Origin: Thermaceae bacterium
Lineage (GTDB): Bacteria; Deinococcota; Deinococci; Deinococcales; Marinithermaceae
Direction: 5' to 3'
DNA length: 64,000 nt
Assembly: GCA_026987375.1 (NCBI GenBank)
Contig: JALSMT010000081.1
Location: 17,065 to 81,064, forward strand
In this document: positions 42,777 through 52,249 of the stretch, in pieces
Numbering within the stretch: position 1 is the stretch's first letter
How the letters are laid out: each line of letters starts with the position of its first letter
Notes under the pieces: generated by a model
Seen by the model: only the letters and a program-made list of their open reading frames with translations
Told to the model about the DNA's origin: nothing
The model's database searches: none
Program-made: the position numbers and the translations under genes

Positions 42777-43802
42777 GTGAACGATACTTTCTTGAAGGCC
42801 GCGCGGCGCCAGAGCACCAGCTACACTCCCGTTTGGTTCATGCGCCAAGCGGGCAGATATCAGCCGGAGTATCGCCAGATCCGCGAAAAATACACCCTGC
42901 CGCAAATAGTGCGGCGCCCCGAGCTGACAGCCGAAGTAACTCTTTTGCCGGTCGAGAATTTCGGCTTTGACGCGGCTATTCTCTTTGCCGACATAACGAC
43001 CCCTCTCTACGGCATGGGTTTTCAGCTTGACATAGTGGAGGGGCGCGGCCCCGTGATAGACAACCCCATAATGACCGACGGCGACGTCAACGCCGTCAGA
43101 CAGTTTTCGGCAGAACGTGACACGCCTTTCGTGTTGGACGCCATCAAAATACTGAAGGGCGAACTGCGGGTACCCTTGATCGGCTTCAGCGGAGCGCCTT
43201 TCACCCTGGCCAGCTATCTGCTGGAGGGCGGCCCCAGCAAGAACTTCATCAAGTTGAAGAGGTTTATTTACTCGCGCCCCGAAACCTGGAGCCTGCTCAT
43301 GAACAAGCTCGTTAAAGCCATGGTGGACTACCTGACCGCGCAAGTGAACGCAGGAGCCGACGCCCTGCAAATATTCGACAGCTGGGTGGGGCGGCTCAGC
43401 CGTCACGATTACCAGCGGTACGTAGCGCCGCACATGCACGCCCTCTTCGAGGAATTAGCGCAACTTGGCGTACCGCTGATTCACTTTGGGACGCAGACCA
43501 TGCACCTGCTCGAGCCTATGTCCGCGGCGGGCGGTGACGTCATCGGCGTTGACACCACCACCCCCCTGAACTGGGCGCGCAATCTCCTTGGTGAAAGAGC
43601 TGTTCAAGGAAACCTGGACCCCAGCCTGCTCTTCGCCCCCCGGGATATTTTGCGGGAGGGAATCATTCGCGTCCTGAACTGCGCAGGCGATAAACCAGGG
43701 CACATCTTCAATCTAGGTCACGGAGTTCTTCCCGGCACGGACCCCGACGCCGTCGCCTACGCCGTCGATCAGGTACACTCACTCAGCGGAGGTGCGGTTT
43801 GA
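42777..43802 (+). CDS. hemE: uroporphyrinogen decarboxylase
   Basis: PVWFMRQAGRYQPEYR signature. Confidence 0.95.
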   Translation: MNDTFLKAARRQSTSYTPVWFMRQAGRYQPEYRQIREKYTLPQIVRRPELTAEVTLLPVENFGFDAAILFADITTPLYGMGFQLDIVEGRGPVIDNPIMTDGDVNAVRQFSAERDTPFVLDAIKILKGELRVPLIGFSGAPFTLASYLLEGGPSKNFIKLKRFIYSRPETWSLLMNKLVKAMVDYLTAQVNAGADALQIFDSWVGRLSRHDYQRYVAPHMHALFEELAQLGVPLIHFGTQTMHLLEPMSAAGGDVIGVDTTTPLNWARNLLGERAVQGNLDPSLLFAPRDILREGIIRVLNCAGDKPGHIFNLGHGVLPGTDPDAVAYAVDQVHSLSGGAV

Positions 43803-44764
43803 ACGTCCTCTTGATGTACTACGGCACGCCTTACGACGAATCGCAGATAGAGCCCTACTACACGGACATTCGCAAGGGGCGCAAACCAAGCGACGAGCTC
43901 CTGAGAGAACTCAAGAAGCGCTACGGGACCATTGCCAAGAGCCCCTTCAACGAGGTCTCTTTTTCACTAGCGCGTCGTCTCGAAGCCGAACTCAACCTGC
44001 GAATTCCCCGGTTTCCCAAAGGCCTGCAAAAAGCCCCCAAGCCCAGGCCGAACGATGCCGACGCCCGGGTCTATCTGGGCGGCAAGCACAACGCCCCCTT
44101 CATCGCCGATGCCCTGCAGCAGATGCTCGCTGACGGCGCCGAGCGCGCCGTAGCGTTAGCTACCACCCCCCACTACTCGCTGCGCTCCATCGCCGAGTAC
44201 GAAGCGGCCGTTCAAGAAGCCCTCTCTCAGCTAGGAGATTCGTTTCCTATTGTTTTTATCAAAGAATATTACGACCACCCCGCATACATCGGGGCGGTGG
44301 CGCGGCGGCTGGCAGCCGCGCTCTGGCGCACGTCGGCCCCCCAAAAAGCCATGGTATTTTTTACCGCCCATTCCATACCCCTAAGGGCAGCCGCTGCCGA
44401 CGGCGGCGCCTACGGCGAGCAGATAGAAACAAGCGCCCGTATGGTCGCCTCGCGCCTCGGCATTGAGAACTGGCGGGTCGCCTGGCAGTCCGCCGGCCGC
44501 AGTAACGAAGAGTGGCTGGGGCCCGACATAAACGACGCCCTGCGCCAGGCCGCAGACGATGGCTATAAAGAAGCGGTGCTGTCTGCAATAGGTTTTACCG
44601 CCGACCACTTGGAAATCCTTTACGACCTGGACTATGAAGCCCGCCAAACTGCCCAAGAGTGCGGAATACACTTGGTGCGCGCGCAGAGCCTCAACGACGA
44701 CTACGACTACGTCAGACTTTTGGCGGACTTGGCGGAAGCCGCTTGGTACGCGGAGGCGAAGTGA
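43799..44764 (+). CDS. hemH: ferrochelatase (coproporphyrin ferrochelatase type likely)
   Basis: 321 aa with LLMYYGTP N-terminus and FTAHSIP block. Coupled to hemE and hemY. Confidence 0.9.
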   Translation: MNVLLMYYGTPYDESQIEPYYTDIRKGRKPSDELLRELKKRYGTIAKSPFNEVSFSLARRLEAELNLRIPRFPKGLQKAPKPRPNDADARVYLGGKHNAPFIADALQQMLADGAERAVALATTPHYSLRSIAEYEAAVQEALSQLGDSFPIVFIKEYYDHPAYIGAVARRLAAALWRTSAPQKAMVFFTAHSIPLRAAAADGGAYGEQIETSARMVASRLGIENWRVAWQSAGRSNEEWLGPDINDALRQAADDGYKEAVLSAIGFTADHLEILYDLDYEARQTAQECGIHLVRAQSLNDDYDYVRLLADLAEAAWYAEAK

Positions 44765-46107
44765 AGAGAATAATCATCGTGGGCGGCGGCTTGGCCGGTC
44801 TGGCGGCGGGGTACGAGGCGCAGAAGCGCGGGTTGGACTTCCTGGTTTTGGAGAAGGATCGCGCCGGCGGCAAGGTGCATACCATTCGCGAAAACGGTTT
44901 TATTATCGAAACCGGGCCCGACGCGGTGGTGCGCTACAAACCCTGGGCGCTGGCCCTGGCCGGCGAGCTGGGGTTGAAAGACGACGTGGTGTCTACACTG
45001 CCAGCCAAACCGGCGGCCTACATCAGGGTCCGCGGCCGTAATCACCCTCTGCCCGAAGGGCTCAACGTCGTCATTCCCTCAAAACTGGGGCCGCTTGCGC
45101 GTACCCCGCTTTTCAGCCTTAAAGGTAAAGCCAGAGCGGCTTTAGACCTGCTCCTGCCGCGCGGACCCGAAGGAGACGAAGCCTTTGGCGATTTTATCCG
45201 CAGGCGTCTGGGGCGTGACGTCTGGGACAATCTAGCGGCCCCTCTTACGGGCGGGATTTACGGAGGCGATCCCGATAATCTTTCACTGCTGGCGGCCTTC
45301 CCCATGCTCAAAGAGCTGGAACGCCGTCACCGCAGCCTCATTCTGGGATCGCTGCAGACCATGCGCAAGCGAAAAACTAGCCGCGAAGGCGGCTCTCTAT
45401 TCGCTTCATTCAAAAACGGTCAGGCGCAGTTGGTTGATGCTTTAAAAGCGTCCCTGGGAGACCGCCTAATAATCGGCTCGGGGGTCGAGTCTGTTGAAAA
45501 GACTAGCAACGGCTGGCGGGTGCTGAGCAAAAACGGTCCCTACGAGGGCTCGCATCTAATCATCGCAACCGAAGCTCCCAACGCAGCTGATCTATTGGCC
45601 CCGATCGGCTTTGCCGCCGCCGCAGAGCTGAGGGAGATACCATACCACTCCGCCGCGACCGTTACCCTGGCTTTCGAGAAAGCAAACATGCCGGAACGGG
45701 GCGGACACGGCGTACTCTTTGCCCGTAACGAAGGTTTTTCGGCAAGGGGTTTCACCTGGCTCGATCAGAAGTGGCCCCATCGCGCGGCCGCAGGCTACGC
45801 GCTTTGCCGAGCCTATTTTTCGGGTCCAGAGGCGGAAGACAGCCCTCAACGCCTACGAGAACTTGCCTTGAACGACCTTTCGCGGCTGCTCGGCGCTATT
45901 CCCGAGCCATCGCGGATATGGACCGAATCATTCAAGAACGCCATGCCGGCTTACGTAGTCGGTCACCTGGAGCGCCTGGAAAAGATTGTGCGCGCTAGCG
46001 CCATGACCCCCGGACTCTACCTGGTTGGCGCGGCGTACCGCGGCGTCGGCATTCCGGAAGTTATCAGAGACGGTAGAGCCGCGGTCGCGACCATCTTCGC
46101 TGAGTGA
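44761..46107 (+). CDS. hemY: protoporphyrinogen/coproporphyrinogen III oxidase (HemY/CgoX)
   Basis: FAD fold [18 protein letters not shown] 44761 overlaps the hemH stop (GTGA). The track ORF starts upstream at 44659. Confidence 0.88.
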   Translation: MKRIIIVGGGLAGLAAGYEAQKRGLDFLVLEKDRAGGKVHTIRENGFIIETGPDAVVRYKPWALALAGELGLKDDVVSTLPAKPAAYIRVRGRNHPLPEGLNVVIPSKLGPLARTPLFSLKGKARAALDLLLPRGPEGDEAFGDFIRRRLGRDVWDNLAAPLTGGIYGGDPDNLSLLAAFPMLKELERRHRSLILGSLQTMRKRKTSREGGSLFASFKNGQAQLVDALKASLGDRLIIGSGVESVEKTSNGWRVLSKNGPYEGSHLIIATEAPNAADLLAPIGFAAAAELREIPYHSAATVTLAFEKANMPERGGHGVLFARNEGFSARGFTWLDQKWPHRAAAGYALCRAYFSGPEAEDSPQRLRELALNDLSRLLGAIPEPSRIWTESFKNAMPAYVVGHLERLEKIVRASAMTPGLYLVGAAYRGVGIPEVIRDGRAAVATIFAE

Positions 46108-46994
46108 CCAATTGGTTAAAATACACCAGCATGCCTTTTACCTTCGCCGAAATTTCCGCCAGCATAGAGGACGCCGCAGAAACGTTCTTGGCGTGGGAAT
46201 CCGAAACCAGCGGTGTTGACAAGGATTTCATCCTAGAAGTTCTGAGCGCGCGTTTGCAGGTCATGCGCCAAGCAATCGAGCGCGGCCTGCAAAGCTCAAC
46301 CGCCAGCGTAGCCGGTATGGTCGGTTGGAACGCTAAAACGCTTTGGCAAGCCGATGACCCCTTGCAGGCGCCTCTTCTTAAGAGGGTTGAGGCCTACGCC
46401 ATGGCCGTCAACGAAGAGAACGCCCGCATGGGTAAGGTCGTGGCGGCGCCCACTGCCGGTAGCGCGGGTACTATCCCCGGCGCTCTCTTGGGGACCGCCG
46501 ATCACTTGGAAATCACGGATGAAAAGCTAGTAAGGCCTTTGGCGGTAGCTGCCGGCGTCGGCAGCATCATCAGCCGCACCATTTTCATCGCCGGCGCCAG
46601 CGGCGGCTGCCAGGCCGAAATAGGCTCGAGCGCGGCCATGGCGGCGGCCGCGGTCACTCATCTTCTTGGCGGCGATAACGAGCAGATTACCCAAGCCGTC
46701 GCCCTTTCCTTGCAAAACACCCTAGGTCTCGTGTGCGACCCGGTGGGAGGATTTGTCGAGGTGCCTTGCGTCATGCGTAATGGGTTTTACGCCGTACACG
46801 CCGTCAGCGCCGCCAGTCTGGCGCTGGCCGGCGTGCGCAGCCCCATCCCCGCCGACGAGGTGGTCCTGGCGATGGCCAACGTGGGCAGGTTAATGCCCGC
46901 GGAACTTAAAGAAACGGGTGAAGGCGGTCTCGCCTGCACCCCCAGCGCCAAGAGGCTAGCTGGCGACCTTCTTTTGGGAAAGTTAGATGAGTAA
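46104..46994 (+). CDS. sdaAA: L-serine dehydratase (Fe-S dependent), alpha subunit
   Basis: [33 protein letters not shown] and [15 protein letters not shown] blocks match B. subtilis SdaAA as I remember it. An alternative ATG lies at 46131. Confidence 0.88.
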   Translation: MTNWLKYTSMPFTFAEISASIEDAAETFLAWESETSGVDKDFILEVLSARLQVMRQAIERGLQSSTASVAGMVGWNAKTLWQADDPLQAPLLKRVEAYAMAVNEENARMGKVVAAPTAGSAGTIPGALLGTADHLEITDEKLVRPLAVAAGVGSIISRTIFIAGASGGCQAEIGSSAAMAAAAVTHLLGGDNEQITQAVALSLQNTLGLVCDPVGGFVEVPCVMRNGFYAVHAVSAASLALAGVRSPIPADEVVLAMANVGRLMPAELKETGEGGLACTPSAKRLAGDLLLGKLDE

Positions 46995-46996
46995 TC

Positions 46997-47245
46997 CTAC
47001 TCAATACCAGGCTGGGCGAACTCATCTCCCAGTAACTCGTCGCTGGCGATACCGGCAAACCACTGCGCCTCGGTTATGCCGTCGAAGAGAATTATTATCT
47101 CGGCGTATTTCTCTCCCAGCAAACTACCCTGAGCAGTATACGGGTAGTCCGCCGTCATGAGTCTGTCTGCTATGCGCTCGATAGTGCCACGCGGTCCCTT
47201 GACGCGGACCTTGTAGTCCTCGAGCTCGACTTGCGGCTTTAGCAC
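46997..47245 (-). CDS. hypothetical protein
   Basis: 82-aa ORF, last gene of the gfh1-lysS transcription unit. I recognise no motif. Confidence 0.5.
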   Translation of the reverse strand: MLKPQVELEDYKVRVKGPRGTIERIADRLMTADYPYTAQGSLLGEKYAEIIILFDGITEAQWFAGIASDELLGDEFAQPGIE

Positions 47246-47312
47246 GTCTACCCCCTTGCTATCAGGGTAGCGCCTGGGTATGGGGTTTTATGTCCCTCGT
47301 CGTTCGTTCTTG

Positions 47313-48806
47313 CTACTCTTCAGGCGAGTCTTCTTCACCGGCGCGGGCCTTGGGCTTCAGCAGGGGAAAAAGTACGACGTCGCGTATCGTCGGCTGGTCC
47401 AACATTATCATCGCCAGGCGGTCTATTCCGATGCCCAATCCCGCTGCTGGCGGCATGCCGTGCTCCAGCGCGGTCAAAAAGTCTTCGTCTACCCTCTGCG
47501 CCTCGTCGTCACCACTCTCGCGCCGGCGCGCCTGTTCAGCGAAACGCTCGCGCTGATCCAGCGGATCGTTTAGCTCCGAATACGCCGGGGCCAGCTCCAT
47601 ACCGGCAACGTAGAGATCCCAACGCTCTGTCAAACCGGGCTTGCTGCGATGCTTTTTAGCCAGCGGACTGATGATCGCGGGAAAATCGTAGACGAAAGTG
47701 GGGTTTTGCAGATCCTCCTCAACGTACATCTCGAAAAGTTTATCCAGCAGCTTGTACGACGGCACCTCTATTAGTTCGGGGTGACGGCCGTCGGCCCAGA
47801 TCCGCAGTCTCTCAAGGTCTAAAGGGTCAAAGTCTATGCCCGTTTTACTCTTGAGGGCGTCCACGAAAGACACCCTTTTAAAAGGCTTCGCAAAGTCGAG
47901 TTGGCGGCCTTGATAGTTAACTGCGGCGCCGCCGTGCAACTGCTCTGCCAGCAAGCTCAGCATCCCCTCTACCAGCCCCGCCATGTCGTCGTAGTCGGCG
48001 TAGGCCCAATAAGCCTCCAGCATGGTGAACTCGGGATTGTGCTGTGCGTCTATGCCCTCGTTACGAAATACTCGACCAATCTCAAACACCTTCTCGTATC
48101 CGCCAACGAGGAGTTTCTTAAGCGGTAATTCTAGAGATATTCGCAATTCAAACTCGTGCGCCAGGGCGTTGTGAAAGGTCTTGAAGGGACGAGCTTCGGT
48201 TCCTCCGGCGGTCTGAAGTATTACCGGCGTCTCCACTTCCAAAAAGCCGCTGTCATTGAAGTAACGCCGCACGAAATCGACTAACCGGCTGCGCTTGCGG
48301 AAAACCTCGCGCAGATCGGGGTTTACCGTTAAGTCAAGATAACGCTGGCGGTAACGGACCTCTTTGTCCTTGATGCCGTGCCATTTATCAGGCAGGGGCC
48401 TGAGCGCCTTGGCGAGAGGGCGCCACTCCTCTACGGCCACGGTTATCTCGCCGGTCTTGGTGGTGAAAACCGTACCGGTTACGCCGATTATGTCGCCGAC
48501 GTCGAGCTTTTTGAGCTTGTTATAGAGCTGGCTGCTGTTTTTGTTGAAGTAGAGCTGTATGCGCCCCGACTCGTCTAAGAGGTGGGCGAAAGTTACCTTT
48601 CCCATGCGGCGCAGGCTTACGAGCCTGCCAGCCAGGCTGACTCGCTCCTGCCAGTGTTGCTCGGACCCTGCTCCCTGGTGCTCGCTCAGCAACTGGGAGG
48701 CGCTGCTATTTTTGTGAAAACTATAGGGATAAGGCTCAAAACCCGCCTCGACGAGAGCCTCCAGGTTGCGTAGACGCTGCGCGGTCTGCTCGTTCTTATC
48801 GCTCAT
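47313..48806 (-). CDS. lysS: lysyl-tRNA synthetase, class II
   Basis: OB-fold N-domain and class-II motifs ([20 protein letters not shown]). Confidence 0.97.
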   Translation of the reverse strand: MSDKNEQTAQRLRNLEALVEAGFEPYPYSFHKNSSASQLLSEHQGAGSEQHWQERVSLAGRLVSLRRMGKVTFAHLLDESGRIQLYFNKNSSQLYNKLKKLDVGDIIGVTGTVFTTKTGEITVAVEEWRPLAKALRPLPDKWHGIKDKEVRYRQRYLDLTVNPDLREVFRKRSRLVDFVRRYFNDSGFLEVETPVILQTAGGTEARPFKTFHNALAHEFELRISLELPLKKLLVGGYEKVFEIGRVFRNEGIDAQHNPEFTMLEAYWAYADYDDMAGLVEGMLSLLAEQLHGGAAVNYQGRQLDFAKPFKRVSFVDALKSKTGIDFDPLDLERLRIWADGRHPELIEVPSYKLLDKLFEMYVEEDLQNPTFVYDFPAIISPLAKKHRSKPGLTERWDLYVAGMELAPAYSELNDPLDQRERFAEQARRRESGDDEAQRVDEDFLTALEHGMPPAAGLGIGIDRLAMIMLDQPTIRDVVLFPLLKPKARAGEEDSPEE

Positions 48807-48810
48807 CTCT

Positions 48811-49281
48811 TTAAGCGCCTACCGAAAGAACCGCGTAACGCCTCTTGCCCGAAGGGGTTTCTATGCGCACCTTATCCCCTTCCTTTTTGCCCAGCAGCGC
48901 CGCTCCCAGCGGCGACTCGTCGGAAACGCGCATGGGGTCTTCTAGAATCGTCGCCTCTGCTGGGGCGACTATTTGGATTGTCAGGTTTTCCTTGGTTTTC
49001 TCGTCTTTCAACAGCACGATTGACCCCAGGGCTATCTTGTCGCCTTCGGCGCTCTCAATTATCACCGCGCGCTGCAGGATGTCTTCGAGCGAATCTACCC
49101 TTGCTTCAATTCTGGCTTTTTCCCTCTTTGACTCTTCCAGACCCGAGTCCTCGTAGTCTTCGTAGCTTTCCATTTGTTCCTGCAACACCCGGGTGGCCTC
49201 GTCCAGACGCTGCTTTTCTTCCTGCAACTCCTGCTTGAGGCGCTCATACCCCGCCTTGGTAAGTTTTATCTCTCGTGCCAT
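48811..49281 (-). CDS. gfh1: Gre-factor family protein, Gfh1-like (non-canonical coiled-coil tip)
   Basis: 157 aa from [15 protein letters not shown] with SD GGAGG. The tip reads [13 protein letters not shown] rather than the GreA DL(S/R)ENAEY motif. The track ORF is extended to 49458 without support. Confidence 0.85.
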   Translation of the reverse strand: MAREIKLTKAGYERLKQELQEEKQRLDEATRVLQEQMESYEDYEDSGLEESKREKARIEARVDSLEDILQRAVIIESAEGDKIALGSIVLLKDEKTKENLTIQIVAPAEATILEDPMRVSDESPLGAALLGKKEGDKVRIETPSGKRRYAVLSVGA

Positions 49282-49332
49282 TACGCCTCCCGTTTGACAA
49301 GTAAAGCATCCGGCTAGGCCGGTTGTCAGGGC

Positions 49333-49361
49333 AGTATAACTCGCAGAGCTGCGAGCCTCAA
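49333..49361 (-). promoter_or_regulatory. gfh1 promoter TTGAGG-17-TATACT with an inverted repeat filling the spacer
   Basis: -35 at 49361-49356 and -10 at 49338-49333. The spacer contains CTCGCAG-CT-CTGCGAG. Confidence 0.55.
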
Positions 49362-49780
49362 ATACAACCGTTTCCCGGCCGCTAGAGCAGGCCAGGCTCA
49401 GGAAACCGTCTCCTCTCAGCGAGTTTTGCACGACTATAAGCGTTAAAGCCGCATTCACGACTTCGCAGCTCCGTTGCGCCTCGTTACCGACGCCAAACGC
49501 GCCTTTGCTTTGGGGCTATAAGTGTAGAGCTGCATACCCTTGCTAATCCGCTAGGCAATGACCCGCCAACTGCCGCTCGAGGCGGGCGGTTTTCCTCCGA
49601 CTGGCTCTTCTCGGTAACCAGCTAACCGGGCTTTAGCGCACGGAGGAACGGCTATGACTCAATATCGCCCCCAAACCGCTTTGCTCGCTGGCCGGCTGCC
49701 GTTGTCTCGGCTATGAATATAATCAGTACGCCGCCAGCCCCTGCACAGGCGACCTAATAGATTCTTGGCGCGCGCTTCAC
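49362..49780. other. orphan ~420-nt non-coding interval (candidate ncRNA or small-ORF locus)
   Basis: No ORF of 60 aa or more on either strand. It is bracketed by the gfh1 promoter and the -10 box of the lptC-like gene. It contains several GC-rich hairpins. Confidence 0.3.
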
Positions 49781-49786
49781 TATTTT
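49781..49786 (+). promoter_or_regulatory. -10-like TATTTT 6 nt upstream of the TTG start of the lptC-like gene
   Basis: TATTTT-CAGCGG-TTG. No SD is present. Confidence 0.4.
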
Positions 49787-49792
49787 CAGCGG

Positions 49793-50365
49793 TTGCGCGG
49801 GTATCTTGTTTTCGTGGTTAGATACGCGTTGGCGCTGCTCTTTTTCATCGTGGGATTTTCTTATTATTTTTCCCATATTCCAGTCAAAACGCCTCCGCCC
49901 CGCGACAAAGGAGTAGTCCTACAAGGGGTAACCATCCGCCTCTACCCCAAGAGCGACCCCAAAGCTTCCTGGATATTCAGCGCGGACCGCATAGAAAACA
50001 ACCCCGCCAGACAGTTTTCCGTTGTCAGCGGACTCAAGAGCGGCGCCCGCTACGTAAACGGAAAGTTGGACCTTACTCTAAGCGCCCCCAGCGTCTCCAT
50101 AGATCGCAACGACAATCTGACCATGCCTTACGCGCACATAGAGATACCCCAGGAGTGCTATCAGATTGACTTGGGGGGAGAAAACAAAGCGCCGGTTAGA
50201 ATCTTACAAAATCAGGGCTTCAACGCGCCCACCTTTAAACTGAGCGGGCCGGGAATTTCGATCCACGGCGAGGGTTTTACATCTGATTTCAAACTTGAAG
50301 AGGCGTCATGGCAGAAGGGCGAGGACATAGTGGAGATGGACAACGTCAAGGAGTGCAAACAATGA
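49793..50365 (+). CDS. LptC-like membrane-anchored protein
   Basis: 190 aa with a single N-terminal TM segment (LVFVVRYALALLFFIVGFSYYF) and a beta-rich periplasmic domain. It is followed by two OstA/LptA-like genes. Confidence 0.55.
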   Translation: MRGYLVFVVRYALALLFFIVGFSYYFSHIPVKTPPPRDKGVVLQGVTIRLYPKSDPKASWIFSADRIENNPARQFSVVSGLKSGARYVNGKLDLTLSAPSVSIDRNDNLTMPYAHIEIPQECYQIDLGGENKAPVRILQNQGFNAPTFKLSGPGISIHGEGFTSDFKLEEASWQKGEDIVEMDNVKECKQ

Positions 50366-51258
50366 AACCCAACAAGTTAGCGTTGCTATTGCTTTTTCTC
50401 GCGGCCTTGTCATTTGCGGGAACCAGCAGGATCATCAAGATTAGCTACCTCGAGGGCCGGCGCAGTGGAAATCTGCGTAAGGGGCCCTGGATCTACCAGA
50501 GCCAAAAGGCCGACGGCATCGTCGGCTCCGTCGGCGACCTCAAAATTCTTTCGCGAAAGGCTATTCTAAGCGCGCCTCCGGGCGAGAGCATGCAAAGCGC
50601 CAAAGGCAAGCGCACGGCCACCTTTGAGGGCGGCGTTACCGTTTTACGCGGCAGATTGACAGCTAAGGGCCCCAGCCTTACTTATTCAGAGGCTACCGGA
50701 CTGGGGGTTCTTAGTGGCCCCGCTGAAATGCACCAAGAACCCGCTGAGGAAAAGCATGATCCGGTAGACGTGCGGGCAATGCAGATGAGCTTTGACGTCG
50801 ACAGCGACATATCCACCTCGAGCGGCGACGTTAGGTTGTCCAACGGTAATCAAAAGGGCTTAGCCGACCTAGTCTATTACGAAGAGGGACGCGGATTGGC
50901 AATCTTCACCATGAACGACAAAAAGTCGCTGGTAAAGCTGACTCGCACGCGCCGGGACGGCGTCCTGGAAATCTACGCTCCCGAAGTACGAAGCCTGACA
51001 CAGCAAAAAAAGCTCATAGCTTTGTGGGGGGTGAAACTAGTTGACGGCGAGATAACCACCAGCGGCGACGCCCTCTACTATGACGATAAAACCGGCGAGG
51101 CGATAATAATAGGAAAACCGGCCCGCAGCGTCAACGCCAAGGAGGGTTTTGCGATATCCGGCGGCACGCTTTTGCACAACGTCAACAAACACCGAGTGCG
51201 AGTCTATCGCAAAACTTTCAAGCTTCCTTTAAAGGACTTTAATAAGGTTGAGAAATAG
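50362..51258 (+). CDS. LptA/OstA-like periplasmic protein
   Basis: Signal peptide MKPNKLALLLLFLAALSFAG. Repeated OstA-N-like strands (TATFEGGVTVLRGRLTAKGPSLTY, ITTSGDALYYDDKTGEAIIIG). ATGA overlap with the upstream gene. Confidence 0.6.
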   Translation: MKPNKLALLLLFLAALSFAGTSRIIKISYLEGRRSGNLRKGPWIYQSQKADGIVGSVGDLKILSRKAILSAPPGESMQSAKGKRTATFEGGVTVLRGRLTAKGPSLTYSEATGLGVLSGPAEMHQEPAEEKHDPVDVRAMQMSFDVDSDISTSSGDVRLSNGNQKGLADLVYYEEGRGLAIFTMNDKKSLVKLTRTRRDGVLEIYAPEVRSLTQQKKLIALWGVKLVDGEITTSGDALYYDDKTGEAIIIGKPARSVNAKEGFAISGGTLLHNVNKHRVRVYRKTFKLPLKDFNKVEK

Positions 51259-52249
51259 TAGACTGCTCGCCGCCCTCGCTCTGAGGGTGATTCTCGCGGC
51301 CCTCGTTTTCGCCGCCAAGCCTAGCGGCTCGTGCGATAACTGTCCTCGTGTCGAACTCGAGCGCAAGGGCAAGCCGATCATAGCCGTCAAGACTAGCCCC
51401 GACGACGTCAGTGACGTTTTTGTAATCGAGTATCTCGACGTGCAAATAGGCCCGCTGGACGAAATAGACTATAAAGCTTTAACGGCCTCTATGGGCGAGA
51501 TTAAGTTCTGGTGGAATGGGCGCAGCAAGATATGTCAAGACTGCGGCCACGGTGACCTCGTAAAGGCCGTATATAACCCGGACATCAGCGACGGCTCCGG
51601 CCGCTACTACCTGCTGGAGCTGCAGCGTTACGGCAAAAATGACTCCGGGCACTTTCAGCTACAAAAATTCATCATTTACGACCCCAAACCTTATCGCACT
51701 CAGGTAAGGTTTGCCGATGACGCCATGGCTTTTGGCCACCTAGCGCAAGTAGAGAGGGTAAAAGGCCTCTACCAGAAGATTTTGCTAGCTGAAGGAGCGG
51801 CCAAATACCTCCCCGACGAAGACCGTTTCACGGTAGCGCTGCGCGACTCCCCTGGGGCGGTAGAAATCGACCAGGGTAAGAGCCGCGCCTTTGGCGCGCG
51901 GCTGCTATATGACAATGACAGCGGCCTCGCCAAGCTAACAGGCCCGGTCACTTTCAGTCGCGACGGCGACGAAAAGGTTAGCGGCAGCGCCGCCGCCCTC
52001 AGCTACCAGGTAGACGACAAAACGCTGACTCTTACGGGAAACGTAGTCCTCAAACAAGGGAAACGCACCACCACGGCCAGCAGCGCCCTGATTGTCGAAG
52101 CGAGCGGCTACGCCTACCTCTACGGCGATCCGGTGCTCAGTCGCTCCGATAGCGGCGAAGTAAAAGGCAAAGAGCTAATGTACAATCTCGATAGCGGCGA
52201 TATTCTGGTTCTGCAGGGTGTCAATGCCGTATTCGAAGACGCCCCTTAG
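51248..52249 (+). CDS. secreted protein with N-terminal 2xCxxC domain and C-terminal OstA-like domain
   Basis: Signal-like N-terminus, CDNC and CQDC motifs, and C-terminal blocks (ARLLYDNDSGLAKLTGPVTF, LTLTGNVVLKQGKRT, ELMYNLDSGDILVLQG). Confidence 0.55.
   Translation: MRNSRLLAALALRVILAALVFAAKPSGSCDNCPRVELERKGKPIIAVKTSPDDVSDVFVIEYLDVQIGPLDEIDYKALTASMGEIKFWWNGRSKICQDCGHGDLVKAVYNPDISDGSGRYYLLELQRYGKNDSGHFQLQKFIIYDPKPYRTQVRFADDAMAFGHLAQVERVKGLYQKILLAEGAAKYLPDEDRFTVALRDSPGAVEIDQGKSRAFGARLLYDNDSGLAKLTGPVTFSRDGDEKVSGSAAALSYQVDDKTLTLTGNVVLKQGKRTTTASSALIVEASGYAYLYGDPVLSRSDSGEVKGKELMYNLDSGDILVLQGVNAVFEDAP

Noticed and set aside
49282-49458. N-terminal extension of the Gre-family ORF (215 aa in the track). 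Similar 5' extensions exist for proC (to 8700), the amidohydrolase (from 19696), hemY (from 44659), the LptA-like gene (from 50308), metF (from 27834) and por alpha (to 32459).
   Set aside because: Internal starts give family-typical N-termini with an SD or -10 signal. The extensions overlap a tRNA, a riboswitch, a promoter or the upstream gene.
49592-49648. 8-bp helix TTCCTCCG/CGGAGGAA read as an SD-sequestering riboswitch platform.
   Set aside because: Kept only as a caveat inside the orphan-region finding. A single 8-bp complement is expected by chance at this length and GC content, and no known aptamer core was recognised.
49362-49780. Tested whether the orphan interval is tmRNA, RNase P RNA or SRP RNA.
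   Set aside because: Neither strand has a tRNA-like 3' end (GGTTCGA...CCA) or a tag ORF ending in LAA. Neither has the RNase P strings (GGAAAGTCCGG, GGTAAGGGTGAAA, ACAGAA.CCGGCTTA) or the SRP domain IV string (GGTCCGGAAGGAAGCAGC). The identity remains open.
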